From the NCBI GenBank assembly GCA_963701095.1, contig OY969564.1:2561687-2625686 (forward strand): 64,000 bases of DNA, given 5' to 3'. Shown here one piece after another: positions 21,663 through 32,393 of this stretch. Under the pieces are notes generated by a model that searched no databases, was not told the origin of the DNA, and worked only from the letters and a program-made list of their open reading frames with translations. A program made the translations under genes and the position numbers. Source of the stretch: an uncultured Methanoregulaceae archaeon. GTDB taxonomy: Archaea > Halobacteriota > Methanomicrobia > Methanomicrobiales > Methanospirillaceae. The stretch's first letter is position 1; each line of letters begins with the position of its first letter.

Positions 21663-22604
21663 ATGATACCGGAGTGGATGCAGAAGATCGAAACCGGACC
21701 ATGCGCCTGTTGTACTGTCGGAATGTGCAAAAAGAAAGGTTTTGTCCAGAAATCTATCTCCGATATCTTTACTTTTTTTGAGGAATGCCTGGTAAATGAC
21801 AGCATTGCGCAGAGAAAAGGGCTGTTGCAGAGTCTGGATCCTCGCATAAAACTGGTATCGATTATCGTCCTTATCTTTGCTGTAGCAATGACCCGCAACA
21901 TCTTCCTTCTTGCAATTGTGTATCTGCTTACGCTCATCTTTGCCTGGGCAAGCAGGATAGAACTCGGGTTTTTCATAAAACGCGTCTGGGTGTTTATCCC
22001 GATTTTTGCGGGCATCATTATGATCCCGATTCTCTTTAACGTGTTTATGCCAGGTGATGCATTGTTTACTCTTGGGACCCTCGGCCCGAATGCACACCTT
22101 GGTCCATTCGCGCTTCCTCCTGTCCTGACAATCACCCGGCAGGGCGTAATGGTGGCTGCACTCTTTGTGTTGAGAGTGGCCACCTGCGTGTCAGCTGCAG
22201 TGCTGCTTTTCCTGACAACACCCCGGGCCCTGCTTTTTAAATCCTTACGCTCTCTCAAAGTACCTAAGGTTTACGTCCTTACCTTGGATATGTGCTACCG
22301 GTATATTTTCCTCTTTACCAGTATGGTCAGAGATTTTTATACGGCGAAGAAAAGCAGAACGCTCAAAACCCTGCCCATGATTGAAGAACAAAAATGGGTT
22401 GGCGGCCGTGTTGGCTATACGCTCATTAAAGCATTGAACATGAGCGAAAAGGTGCACGGCGCAATGGTTTCGCGGGGGTTCAACGGCGATATCAAGATCA
22501 TGCACCGTTATGTATTGCACCGGCGTGATTACGTGGCTTGCGTGAGTGTATTTGCACTCAGTTTTTTCCTGGTGCTGGTCTCCCAGAATATAATATGGAT
22601 TTAA
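21663..22604 (+). CDS. nikQ: ECF transporter T component NikQ/CbiQ
   Basis: LDPRIKL, YRYIF, AM.SRGF; N-terminal CACC. Confidence 0.9.
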   Translation: MIPEWMQKIETGPCACCTVGMCKKKGFVQKSISDIFTFFEECLVNDSIAQRKGLLQSLDPRIKLVSIIVLIFAVAMTRNIFLLAIVYLLTLIFAWASRIELGFFIKRVWVFIPIFAGIIMIPILFNVFMPGDALFTLGTLGPNAHLGPFALPPVLTITRQGVMVAALFVLRVATCVSAAVLLFLTTPRALLFKSLRSLKVPKVYVLTLDMCYRYIFLFTSMVRDFYTAKKSRTLKTLPMIEEQKWVGGRVGYTLIKALNMSEKVHGAMVSRGFNGDIKIMHRYVLHRRDYVACVSVFALSFFLVLVSQNIIWI

Positions 22605-22622
22605 CGAGGAGACACGAAAATC

Positions 22623-23462
22623 ATGGAACCAATCTTCGATCTGCGCAACGTTTCCTACACATACCTGAGACGGTTTGAGGCACTTCGGGATGTGACGGCA
22701 TCATTTTACGCTGGCGAACAAGTTGCCATACTCGGTGCAAACGGAAGTGGCAAATCGACACTTCTTGCGATTTTAAATGCCTTAAATTACCCGACATCGG
22801 GAGAATTTTATGCATTTGGAACCCCGATAAAAGAAGAAGTATTCGATACACTCGAGGATAACAAATTCAATCGTTTTTTCCGGACAAAAGTCGGTTTTTT
22901 ATTCCAGAACCCTGACATCCAGCTCTTCTCATCAACAGTCTTTGATGAGATTGCCTTTGGTCCGCTCCAGCTTGATTTACCTCCTGATGAAGTCCAGAAA
23001 AGGACAGAAGATGTTATCGCTATGCTTGGGATCGAAAACCTACAGGACCGGGCCCCCCATATGCTAAGCGGCGGTGAAAAGAAAAAAGTCTGCATCGCAT
23101 CTATTCTGTCGACAAATCCTGATGTCCTGCTTCTTGATGAGCCGACCGGAGGGCTTGACCCCCGCAGCCAGGTGTGGCTGATTGAACTTATCCAGAATCT
23201 TTCAAAGTGCGGTAAAACCATTATTACAGCAACACACGACCTCGACATCGTCGAACAGATCAGCACCCGTGCCCTCGTGGTCGGGGAAGACCATACGATA
23301 AAAGTGGATGCTGATTGTGCGAGTGTCATGAACAATATGGATCTGCTGATATCCGCTAATCTAGTCCACCGGCACAAGCACCGCCATGGCAAACTTCAGC
23401 ATGAGCACCTTCATGCCCACTCACGGGAACATGATCATGTGCATGGTCCGGGTGTGGCGTAG
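22623..23462 (+). CDS. nikO: ECF transporter ATPase NikO with a His-rich tail
   Basis: GANGSGKST, FQNPD.QLF, LSGGEKKKV; C-terminal HRHKHRH..HEHLHAH..HDHVH. Confidence 0.9.
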   Translation: MEPIFDLRNVSYTYLRRFEALRDVTASFYAGEQVAILGANGSGKSTLLAILNALNYPTSGEFYAFGTPIKEEVFDTLEDNKFNRFFRTKVGFLFQNPDIQLFSSTVFDEIAFGPLQLDLPPDEVQKRTEDVIAMLGIENLQDRAPHMLSGGEKKKVCIASILSTNPDVLLLDEPTGGLDPRSQVWLIELIQNLSKCGKTIITATHDLDIVEQISTRALVVGEDHTIKVDADCASVMNNMDLLISANLVHRHKHRHGKLQHEHLHAHSREHDHVHGPGVA

Positions 23463-23586
23463 GTTATTTCCGGCCTAATAATAAGTTTTTCACCGACGTT
23501 CTGGGTTCGGTTAACTTAGTAAGGGATCGTATATTTTACCAGGTGTTGTAAAGTCTATAATCTCCTAACTCGTTAACAGATCCTCA

Positions 23587-24366
23587 CTAATCGTCGGGGA
23601 TAATCAAATCGTGGATCTTGTGTTCAAGTGGGGTGTTCTCCAGTCTCTTGACAAAATTCGGGGACTCTTCGTCAACGATAACAATCGCTGAGGTAATGCC
23701 GTGATATGCGGCATCGATTACACCTTCGGCGGATCCAAAAAAAATGTCGGGGGTCCTGCCAATGGATTTCAGTGCGACTGATGCTTCGATCCCGACAGCC
23801 GCGGTTAATCCGGCCATAGCAACAATCTTTTTGAGTTTATCCTTCCTGACGCTGTTTGAACCCCCACGCTGGATCCGGGGGACTATGCAGACATGGATAA
23901 CCCCCTCTTGATGCTCGATTATCCCATTCACATCGAAAATTCCAACATCAGCATTCTTCTTTGCATCCGCATAGACCGTTGCTGTTGCCGAAGTTGGGTT
24001 CTTCCCTGCATAGAGATACCCATCCTTCATATAAAGGCCGGCGATATCGCCCTTTTTCATGTCATCGGCAGCAATTGCGGTCCAAACCGAGACATGCTTG
24101 ATGATGTCGCGCCTGATATGCCGGACATATAATTCCAGGGTAGCTGCATTCTCCATGACCCATGCCATCCCGGTTTTGGTCACTGCATAATTGCTTCGAC
24201 CGCTCACGGCTACCATACCCTCTTCAACCAGATCGCGGATGTATTCGGAAACTGCCTGGGGTGTCATGCCAATCTTGTCGGCAATCTCCATCTGGCGTAC
24301 AGCCGGCTGGCGTTCGGCAATTTCTACAAGGATCTGGAAGCGCGAGACATCGCCTTTGCTCCGCAT
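23587..24366 (-). CDS. Winged-helix transcriptional regulator (COG1497-like), divergent from cbiM
   Basis: FQILVEIA..QP...Q.EIA...G.TPQAVSEY; GIEA, FG..EG.I.AA..G; start may lie slightly upstream. Confidence 0.8.
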   Translation of the reverse strand: MRSKGDVSRFQILVEIAERQPAVRQMEIADKIGMTPQAVSEYIRDLVEEGMVAVSGRSNYAVTKTGMAWVMENAATLELYVRHIRRDIIKHVSVWTAIAADDMKKGDIAGLYMKDGYLYAGKNPTSATATVYADAKKNADVGIFDVNGIIEHQEGVIHVCIVPRIQRGGSNSVRKDKLKKIVAMAGLTAAVGIEASVALKSIGRTPDIFFGSAEGVIDAAYHGITSAIVIVDEESPNFVKRLENTPLEHKIHDLIIPDD

Positions 24367-24565
24367 AAGGAAGGGTATGGGTCCTTTTGTATCCTGGGTC
24401 AGTTTGCATCAGCTCCAACGTCTTATATGCTAGGAAAAAGAGTGACGACCGTGAGTTGATTATTCTTTCGGGTATGCTGAAGATTGTCGATTTATTTGAG
24501 ATTTTTCCGAATTGAAATATTGGCCATCAATCGTAAATGCATCAGAACCAAATTTAGCAAGATTT

Positions 24566-24586
24566 ATTTACTTTTATCAAGTAAAT
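24566..24586. promoter_or_regulatory. Perfect 8-bp inverted repeat ATTTACTT-N5-AAGTAAAT before cbiM (candidate operator)
   Basis: Ends 16 bp upstream of the cbiM ATG and overlaps the AT-rich promoter region. Confidence 0.6.
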
Positions 24587-24602
24587 TTGATCTCGTGTTA
24601 TT

Positions 24603-25301
24603 ATGCATATAATGGAAGGATATCTGCCCTGGCAGTGGTGCGTCTTCTGGTACCTCGTATCAGCACCGTTCATCATTTACGGGATTTACCTCTTGAATAA
24701 ACAGGTTAAGGAACATCGTGAAACCCTCTCGCTGCTTGCAGTCTCAGGCGCCTTCATCTTCCTTCTCTCATCGTTGAAAATGCCGTCTCCCGTTGTGGGA
24801 AGTTGTTCCCATCCCACGGGAACAGGGTTGTCGACCGTGCTGTTCGGGCCGTTTATTACCTGTGTCCTCAGCGTCATCGTGCTTATATTCCAGGCACTTT
24901 TCATGGCCCACGGGGGAATTACCACACTTGGTGCGAATGATTTCTCGATGGGGATTGCAGGACCGCTCCTAGGGTATGCGGTTTACCGGGTGGCAAAAGC
25001 AGTGAATCTGAACATATTCGTAAATATCTTTCTCGTCGCATTTGTCGCGGATCTCTTTACTTATGTCATCACGGCAATCGAGCTCGCAGCGGCATTCCCG
25101 GCAACCCACGGGGGGTTCCTTATCTCATTTGAAACTTTCTTTGCAATCTATGCGATTACCCAGGTACCCCTTGCGATCGTTGAAGGACTCCTTATCGCGC
25201 TCGTGTTCAAATATATTGTCCAGAGCCGTGGCGATATCCTTGTCAAACTCAAAGTGCTTACGCCTGAACAGGTTACAAAAATCATGGAGGGATTCAAATG
25301 A
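24603..25301 (+). CDS. cbiM: Cobalt ECF S component CbiM
   Basis: MHIMEGYLP, SCSHPTG, AHGGITTLGAN, TQVPLAI.EG. Confidence 0.95.
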   Translation: MHIMEGYLPWQWCVFWYLVSAPFIIYGIYLLNKQVKEHRETLSLLAVSGAFIFLLSSLKMPSPVVGSCSHPTGTGLSTVLFGPFITCVLSVIVLIFQALFMAHGGITTLGANDFSMGIAGPLLGYAVYRVAKAVNLNIFVNIFLVAFVADLFTYVITAIELAAAFPATHGGFLISFETFFAIYAITQVPLAIVEGLLIALVFKYIVQSRGDILVKLKVLTPEQVTKIMEGFK

Positions 25302-25606
25302 TTCCCAGATTTTTCATAAAGTACAAACTCGAAATCATCTTTATTGTGTTTATCATTGCATTCGCAGCGTTGTTTCTTTACGAGCAAAATGCCCAGACCC
25401 AGGCAAAATGGGAGGGATCGGACGATCAGGGCAGTGCAGCCATTGAGGCAACAGGATACACACCGTGGATTCAGCCGCTCTGGACCCCGCCCAGTTCCGA
25501 GGTTGAGTCGCTGCTCTTCAGCATCCAGTCCGGCCTTGGGGCATTTGTGATCGGGTACTTCTTCGGGTTTTACCGGGGAAAACGGGATAGTGGGAACCCC
25601 ACGTAA
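25298..25606 (+). CDS. cbiN: Cobalt transport protein CbiN
   Basis: GSDD, Y.PW.QPLW.PPS.EVESLLFS.Q..LGA..IGY. Confidence 0.95.
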   Translation: MIPRFFIKYKLEIIFIVFIIAFAALFLYEQNAQTQAKWEGSDDQGSAAIEATGYTPWIQPLWTPPSSEVESLLFSIQSGLGAFVIGYFFGFYRGKRDSGNPT

Positions 25607-25653
25607 CTACCCATTTTATTGACGTCCAGGACGTCCGAAGATAGGTACTCACT

Positions 25654-26448
25654 ATGACATTTATGGAAGAGAACTTGGATTACTATGCCCAGTCAAACGC
25701 CTTACGGGATGTAAACTGCTATCTCAAACTCGCTCTTGGTATGGGGGCAATATTCATCTGTGTTGCCTCCCCGGCGCCGCTGGCACCTCTGTTTATCCTC
25801 ATTACTCTTTCGGCAATCACACTGGTATTCGCAAAAATACCGGTACGGGTCTATTTGGAACTCCTTCATATTCCCGTAATATTTGCGTTTTCCTCAGTGA
25901 TCGTGATCCTGTTCTTAAGTGGGAGCGGAGACACTCTCCTTACGTTTACTTTCGCAAACGTCCCGCTGACTATCACGACAGGCTCCGCGAACCTTGCCTC
26001 CCTTGTCCTTGTCCGTACATTCGGCGGGATGTGTGGGCTTTTCTTCATTGCCTTAACCACACCCATGATCGAAATTTTTTCTGTCATGCACAAACTACGT
26101 TTCCCCCCTGTGATTATTGATCTCTCCATGCTGATTTACCATTTTATCTTCGTTTTTATCGCCCAGACAATTGCAATCCATAACGCACAGACCATCCGGC
26201 ATGGATATACCTCCTTCAAACGTTCTCTCAATTCAATGGCGATGCTTGGCGCTATGCTCTTCATCCGGGGATGGAAGGAAGCCGAAGACCTTATCATTGC
26301 GATGGACTCGCGGTGCTATGACGGCAAACTGGAACTGCCAAGTCAGCAGAATCCTCCTAAACCGGCGGCAATTATTTCGACAGTAGCCTATCTTGGTCTC
26401 TGCATTACTGTTGCGATTATAACAAGCACGATAGTGCCTTTCAGGTGA
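25654..26448 (+). CDS. cbiQ: Cobalt ECF T component CbiQ
   Basis: LTTP, LIY.FIF, AMDSRCYDG. Confidence 0.9.
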   Translation: MTFMEENLDYYAQSNALRDVNCYLKLALGMGAIFICVASPAPLAPLFILITLSAITLVFAKIPVRVYLELLHIPVIFAFSSVIVILFLSGSGDTLLTFTFANVPLTITTGSANLASLVLVRTFGGMCGLFFIALTTPMIEIFSVMHKLRFPPVIIDLSMLIYHFIFVFIAQTIAIHNAQTIRHGYTSFKRSLNSMAMLGAMLFIRGWKEAEDLIIAMDSRCYDGKLELPSQQNPPKPAAIISTVAYLGLCITVAIITSTIVPFR

Positions 26449-26451
26449 AAA

Positions 26452-27618
26452 ATGACAAACCTGCTCGAATTTGATGATATCCATTATGCCTACCCCAGTT
26501 GCAAGGAATCACTTTCCGGCGTAACGTTCTCGATAAAAAAGGGAGCGAAGGTTGCGCTTGTCGGCCCCAACGGCGCCGGGAAAACCACACTGCTCCTGAT
26601 GTGTAACGGGGTGCTTGAACCCTCGAAGGGCCGGGTGCTTCTCGATGGGGAACCCCTCAAATACAACAGCCGTTCTCTTCGCGAAGTACGCAAGAAAGTC
26701 GGGTTGGTTTTCCAGAATTCGGATACCCAGCTCTTCGCTCCGACGGTATACCAGGATGTAGCGTTCGGCCCCCTCAATCTCGGCATGACGCAGGAAGAAA
26801 TCAAGTCGGCGGTTGCGCGATCACTTGCTGCTGTGGGTCTCACCGGGTATGAGAAGCGACCCCCTCATCAGTTAAGTGGTGGAGAGAAGAAACGGGCTGC
26901 AATCGCCGGAACACTTGCGATGGAACCGGAGGTACTCGTTTTTGACGAACCAACTAGTTCGCTCGATCCTGCCGGGGCAGCGGATCTTATGGAACTTCTC
27001 GATGAATTCAATGCGAAGGGAACGACGATCATTATCTCCACGCATGATGTAGAACTCGCATATCTTTGGGCTGATCAGATCATTCTCATGAACAAGGGGA
27101 CGGTGCTTCATGCGGGCACTCCCGAAGAAGTCTTTACTGATCCTGCGCTTGTCACATCCTCGAATCTTCGGATGCCTGCGGTTTTGGAAGTATACACAGA
27201 GCTTATCTCACGGCAGATGGTGGAAAAGACGAAGTCGCCTAAATCTGTCCTGCAGTTGGTAAGTTCGCTTGAACAGAGCTTCAATAACCCACGGAAGAAC
27301 AGGTTTCTCGGAACTATCACGGTCTGTGATGTTGATGCTACAAAATGCGATGATATCAAGACGTGGATAGCTGAACATCCGGGATTCCGATGTGGGGCTA
27401 TGGGAGCCCGGGCGAAGAATATCGCCGAACATGAATCGATAAAACTCGATTTCACGTATGGTGTAATTGACAAAGGCATCCTTCGGGCACTCGTCGGGGA
27501 ATGCTCGGTGCTCCTTACACCGGCGACTATGGTACCGCATGTGTTCCGGCGGGTTGAAACCTACTGCCGGGAGAGCGGTAATATAATTGCGGTCATCCTT
27601 ATGAACGCCAAAAATTAA
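26452..27618 (+). CDS. cbiO: Cobalt ECF ATPase CbiO with a C-terminal extension
   Basis: GPNGAGKTT, LSGGEKKR, DEPT; extra GAMG..A/DF..G.IDK domain. Confidence 0.95.
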   Translation: MTNLLEFDDIHYAYPSCKESLSGVTFSIKKGAKVALVGPNGAGKTTLLLMCNGVLEPSKGRVLLDGEPLKYNSRSLREVRKKVGLVFQNSDTQLFAPTVYQDVAFGPLNLGMTQEEIKSAVARSLAAVGLTGYEKRPPHQLSGGEKKRAAIAGTLAMEPEVLVFDEPTSSLDPAGAADLMELLDEFNAKGTTIIISTHDVELAYLWADQIILMNKGTVLHAGTPEEVFTDPALVTSSNLRMPAVLEVYTELISRQMVEKTKSPKSVLQLVSSLEQSFNNPRKNRFLGTITVCDVDATKCDDIKTWIAEHPGFRCGAMGARAKNIAEHESIKLDFTYGVIDKGILRALVGECSVLLTPATMVPHVFRRVETYCRESGNIIAVILMNAKN

Positions 27619-28518
27619 TTCCTTTAATTAATGTTGTGAAGAATGGAGGGCGATGCGATTCAGTCTCTTTTTTAAGAATAGTAAACCTCCTACAAATAAT
27701 AGCTATTAAAATAAAGGCGGTAAAATCAATCCTTGAACTGCATGATTGAACGGCCCTTATTCTGTGAAGTGGAAAATAATTTCATGTTCAATCTTTCATA
27801 ATAAAAATTGGTAATTGAAAGTATTCGGTTTTCAACGAAGGCCGGGGTCAGACCATTAATGAGGTTCCCCGGACTTGTTGAAGGAGGATTATTTGGATTC
27901 CTTCTTGTGCGTTAGTGAAGTTCCTGCTTTTGTCGTACTTTTTTTTGGTTCGGTGTTTTTAGTATTGGACTTTGTGGTCATCGTTTTTTTTGTGTTTTCA
28001 ACCATCTGGTTATCAACTCCTTATGTTTAAGATTCCTGTTCCATAATTGGGATGATAATTGATGTGGCGGGACACTCCTCGGATTTTTATCGGGTGGATA
28101 ATGGGGGATGTCACGCTGGCATCATCATTCCTTTGTTCAATTGGTAGAGATCTGTAATAAATATTTTCAATTTTGTATGAATTCGTATTATTTTAACTTT
28201 TTTCCATTAAACATTTGATGAAAAGTAAAATCTAAAGTATCGAAGTCTTCTCGTTACGAGTTATCACTCCAGAAATGTGCTTATTGCAGGCAATATAATT
28301 TTTATAATTTCGCTAATAAGTATATTGAAATTTTGTTATAATTGTATTTGTTAATATTTTTTTTAAGAATCGTAACAAAGAATATATTAACAATTTTCAC
28401 AAACATTCCTTCATATTTCGTTTCAACGGAATATGAAAATTTGTTGAATCACTATTCGGCAAATGTCGAAACGGTTCTCCGGCTTGAAATGAATGATGTA
28501 ATTTTTGGAGGAAAACGA

Positions 28519-31299
28519 ATGACTAAGCGATTAACGATTGCACTTATTGCTCTCGTCGCGTTGGTTCTTGTCGCAGTATTGCCAGTATCGGCAACGTACT
28601 ACGATATCAACAACACGATCATAGCGCCGGGCGCAACAGTGTATATTGGAGAACAGCAACTGAACTTTAGCACACCAACGATGCTTGCAGCCCTTGCGGG
28701 CGATAACGCGATCGGCTGGTGGGGATCAGCAGCACCTCTCCTCACTACCTCACCATCACAGACGTATACTTTTGCCCAGCTTAACCTGCCGTCAGTGTAT
28801 GTCTCCCCCGCTGCCTTTGGCAATTACCCGGGCAACTGGTATGGTATAAATGCAACAACGGGTAAGTGGGATAACGGCCCTGCAATATTCACTGCCGCGG
28901 TTCCAAACATTGCAGTTGATGTCTTTGACACCACCACCAACACCGTAGCAACTGGTGGCAGTGTTATCCAGGGTGACAACCTTACCTTCCGGATTAACAC
29001 GAACCTTCAGTCTGCAATCAACAGCCCGACCACACGTGTTCAGGACACACTCAATACACCGGCTGTAGGTAACGTTGATATCAAGGTACACAGTTCTACC
29101 GGCAACACCTACACGGCATTGTACTATGGCAACGGCCTTGTTGCATTCCCCATCACCAAGCAGAATGTAACCTCACCACTGTGGTTCTGGGGTACAATTG
29201 GCGGAGCAGTTCCGGCTAACGGCCCAACCGGCAACGTCCTCGAACAGTGGAACACCGCTGCACAGGACTCAACCGGTCAGCTTGCCTATCCCGCTGGTGT
29301 TTACACGGTCGTCGCACAGTCCCGGCTTAACGGCATGTACGACAACTACCTCAACGGTGGAGCAACCTATACCGGTGCAACAGTCAGCCAGCCCGCAACG
29401 GTCACGCTCGCGTCCAACACGGTTTCTATCTCAGCCAACGTGAACTCTGTTGTCCGCAGCAAGCCGTTCTCGGTCACGATCACGGGCAAGCCGTACATGA
29501 CCTACCACCTGTGGGTCAAGGGTACTAACACCATGCCAGGCAACTACGACAACCAGCCGCCATTCATCACTTCGAACCAGAATGGTGTCACGTTTGACCC
29601 GGTAACAACAACAAGCATGCCTGCGCCAAATGTGCCCTACAACCCGATTGCAGACAACGGTGGCTACCTAAGCCAGCCCAACATCTATGTCTGGAACAGT
29701 GTTGCACACGGTGATGACATAGCAACTTCCGGCCCCGACTCAACGGCTATCGGCAACGGTACTTTTGAATATGCGAACGTCACGCTCGATCAGACAGGTG
29801 CGAGAACTGTTCAGTGGACGACCACAAACTGGACCGACGCCCAGCAGTACACCATCCGTGTAGAGCAGGACTTCGGATCTCAGGCAAGCCATAACTACAA
29901 GTACGATGAGGTTCAGGTTCAGGTCCAGCAGGGCGCAGTCACTATCGTGGCCGCCGGCTCCCAGAGCTACTACCTCGGCGAAGAGGTGCAGTTCTCCGGT
30001 ACCGACACCGAAACCCAGACTGTCTACCTGTTCATCACCGGCCCCAACCTGGCCGCTAACGGTGCAGATTTCACCATCGCTCCGGCACAGTCAAGCTCAG
30101 CCGTCAAAGATGGCGTAGCATCCACGTTCCAGGCAGTCGATGTCCTTGGTGACAACACCTGGTCATGGGAGTGGGGAACCAGTGGCGTCGCTCTTGACGC
30201 AGGTACCTACACGGTCTATGCAGTCAGCGACCCCGATGGCGTAAATAACTTACCTGATGCATACGCAACATGCTCGATCATCCTCAAGGCACCGTTCGTG
30301 AGTGCAACTGCCTCACAGTCCACGGTTGCCAATGGTGACCCGATCTACATTACCGGTACCGCACAGGGCCAGCCCGCTCTCGGTGTTAACATCTGGATCA
30401 TGGGTAAGAACTACGCTTATGTAGGATCCCAGTCTGTTAACAGCGACTCGTCCTTCTCCTATGAAGTTGAGGGCGCAACCACCGCGACCCTGGCAACCGG
30501 CCAGTACTTCGTTGTCGTCCAGCACCCAATGGAAAACGGCGTGTTCGATGTTATAGCAATTCCGGCTCCTCAGGATGCCAATAACGGCCTGACCTCGATT
30601 GTCTACAACGACAACCCGTCTCAACCCGGCGACTACTCGAACCTCAACAACATAACTGAGGATTTCGCGCTCTCCGGTCCGAACTCACTCCAGGGATCCA
30701 ATGCAGCTGAAGCATTAGTAGAGGCCATCAACAGCCCGAATGTCGATGATACCTACACCAAGCTTCAGTTCCTCGTAGAGACCCCGGTCATTACCATCAA
30801 CCCGATTGGCGACCACGCTGTCGGTGACAAGTTCACCGTCACGGGCACGACCAACCTCGCCGTTGGTGACAATGTCCTCTTTACGATCTATTCATCATCA
30901 TTCCAGCCGACTGATAAGTCCGCAAGCGGTGAGTTCAGCGGCGCATCTGGCACCGTGCAGGTCACGCAGGGTACCAACGGTCTGAATGCGGTTTCATTCG
31001 ATGTCGATGCATCCACATTCAAGCCTGACGAGTACCTTGTGACGGCATCTTCCGTCGGTCTCCCCGGTCCAGGGGCAACTGGTACTGCTCTGTTCAACGT
31101 TCTGACAGCCGTCCCAACAACGGCACCTGTTACCACTGTTGCAACACAACCAGTCATGACCACTGTCCCGACCACGATCGCAACCCAGCCGCCGACACAG
31201 GCCCCAACGCCAACCAAGACCGCATCCCCAGGGTTTGGTGCGCTTGTTGCCGTAATTGGCCTCGGTGCAGTTGCGTTCATTATCGTGCGCAGAAACTGA
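28519..31299 (+). CDS. Major S-layer glycoprotein (Methanomicrobiales type) with a PGF-CTERM archaeosortase signal
   Basis: GGAGG RBS before ATG 28519; signal peptide, many N-x-S/T sequons, SYYLGEE, G.Y.VVVQHPM, LQGS.AAEAL, VDDTYT; Thr/Pro linker, SPGFGA + TM + RR. Confidence 0.9.
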   Translation: MTKRLTIALIALVALVLVAVLPVSATYYDINNTIIAPGATVYIGEQQLNFSTPTMLAALAGDNAIGWWGSAAPLLTTSPSQTYTFAQLNLPSVYVSPAAFGNYPGNWYGINATTGKWDNGPAIFTAAVPNIAVDVFDTTTNTVATGGSVIQGDNLTFRINTNLQSAINSPTTRVQDTLNTPAVGNVDIKVHSSTGNTYTALYYGNGLVAFPITKQNVTSPLWFWGTIGGAVPANGPTGNVLEQWNTAAQDSTGQLAYPAGVYTVVAQSRLNGMYDNYLNGGATYTGATVSQPATVTLASNTVSISANVNSVVRSKPFSVTITGKPYMTYHLWVKGTNTMPGNYDNQPPFITSNQNGVTFDPVTTTSMPAPNVPYNPIADNGGYLSQPNIYVWNSVAHGDDIATSGPDSTAIGNGTFEYANVTLDQTGARTVQWTTTNWTDAQQYTIRVEQDFGSQASHNYKYDEVQVQVQQGAVTIVAAGSQSYYLGEEVQFSGTDTETQTVYLFITGPNLAANGADFTIAPAQSSSAVKDGVASTFQAVDVLGDNTWSWEWGTSGVALDAGTYTVYAVSDPDGVNNLPDAYATCSIILKAPFVSATASQSTVANGDPIYITGTAQGQPALGVNIWIMGKNYAYVGSQSVNSDSSFSYEVEGATTATLATGQYFVVVQHPMENGVFDVIAIPAPQDANNGLTSIVYNDNPSQPGDYSNLNNITEDFALSGPNSLQGSNAAEALVEAINSPNVDDTYTKLQFLVETPVITINPIGDHAVGDKFTVTGTTNLAVGDNVLFTIYSSSFQPTDKSASGEFSGASGTVQVTQGTNGLNAVSFDVDASTFKPDEYLVTASSVGLPGPGATGTALFNVLTAVPTTAPVTTVATQPVMTTVPTTIATQPPTQAPTPTKTASPGFGALVAVIGLGAVAFIIVRRN

Positions 31300-31312
31300 A
31301 CTAAAATCTAAA

Positions 31313-31324
31313 TTTTTCTTTTTT
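31313..31324 (+). terminator. Archaeal oligo-T terminator after the S-layer gene
   Basis: TTTTTCTTTTTT starting 14 bp after the stop. Confidence 0.6.
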
Positions 31325-31603
31325 GGTATCGTTTCATTGATTGTCGTTAACCTTCCAATTTCACCGAGGAAAATAAAGCATCAATTAACCTCACAACACA
31401 GCGTACCATTTCAGGAATGCGTGATAATAAAATAAAAAATTTACATATTTTTTGCTACTAAAATGAATATACTTATTAAATGGGGCGTTCTATAATCCAT
31501 GCGGAGATGTTCCTTGACGCAAAAGAGCGTCTCCTCACTCTTCGACAAGATAGCGCTAGGGGCTGCGCTGTTTTTCAGCCCATAAAACCGGGATTATTGG
31601 GGA

Positions 31604-31978
31604 ATGATCCCGGAAAACAGCAGACAGGTGATTACCATGAAACAAACGCTTTATGATGGAAGCCGGAAGACTACGGTCAATACGAGATATGATGAGTGTC
31701 TCTATCTCGCACGACAGCCGGTTTCTGATCAGCAAGGAGAAAAGGTAACCGGAAAAGATCTCTACATGCATGTAGCGGTGCATCCGGAGAAAAACGTCAC
31801 GTACTATCTCCATCTCTGGTCTAACAGCCGTACCATTAAAGAAAAGATTATACCGTTGTCTTCTTCTATGGCCGACCGGTTCCTGAGAACCAAGGGTCTT
31901 ATCTGTAATCTCTTCCCAAAAAACGATCCAGTAGCCAATTTATATGCATGGGGATATGGGATCGCAGAAGAATTCTGA
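31604..31978 (+). CDS. Hypothetical protein
   Basis: Clean ORF; AGGTGA RBS suggests the internal ATG (MKQTL) is the start. Confidence 0.7.
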   Translation: MIPENSRQVITMKQTLYDGSRKTTVNTRYDECLYLARQPVSDQQGEKVTGKDLYMHVAVHPEKNVTYYLHLWSNSRTIKEKIIPLSSSMADRFLRTKGLICNLFPKNDPVANLYAWGYGIAEEF

Positions 31979-32081
31979 CAACCGACCTGTACAAATTCCC
32001 ATCATATCTCCTTTTCAGGATTTGTTTCCTTAATCGAGAAGTAATTTACATTATGGCAATCCTTTTTACGAATTCCGGATT

Positions 32082-32240
32082 TTACTGGAAGATCTTATAA
32101 AGGATCGTCACTGAAAGGCAGAATCCGATAATGGCGATATAAAACCAGTTCTCGTTCTCATGCACCCACTGTTTGATTGCTTCAATTCTGGCCAAAAAAA
32201 TCCCGGTGCGCGTTACTGGTGTCTGTTTTTTCTTTGCCAT
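32082..32240 (-). CDS. Small single-TM protein, 52 aa (absent from ORF track)
   Basis: MAKKKQTPVTRTGIFLARIEAIKQWVHENENWFYIAIIGFCLSVTILYKIFQ. Confidence 0.5.
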   Translation of the reverse strand: MAKKKQTPVTRTGIFLARIEAIKQWVHENENWFYIAIIGFCLSVTILYKIFQ

Positions 32241-32393
32241 GATAGTCACTACGAATGTTTAAATTTCCGATATTTGATTTAATTATATTTCCTGTCGAGA
32301 AAATCCCGTAAATCATAAGGGGCAAACAACTTTGTACCCGTTGTTATCCAATTATAGAGGGTACGCAAAAAAGAGGGATAATCTTTCGGGGAA

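Noticed and set aside
28342..28518. 59-aa N-terminal extension of the S-layer ORF
   Set aside because: AT-rich promoter or leader read through by the ORF finder; the RBS and signal peptide start at 28519
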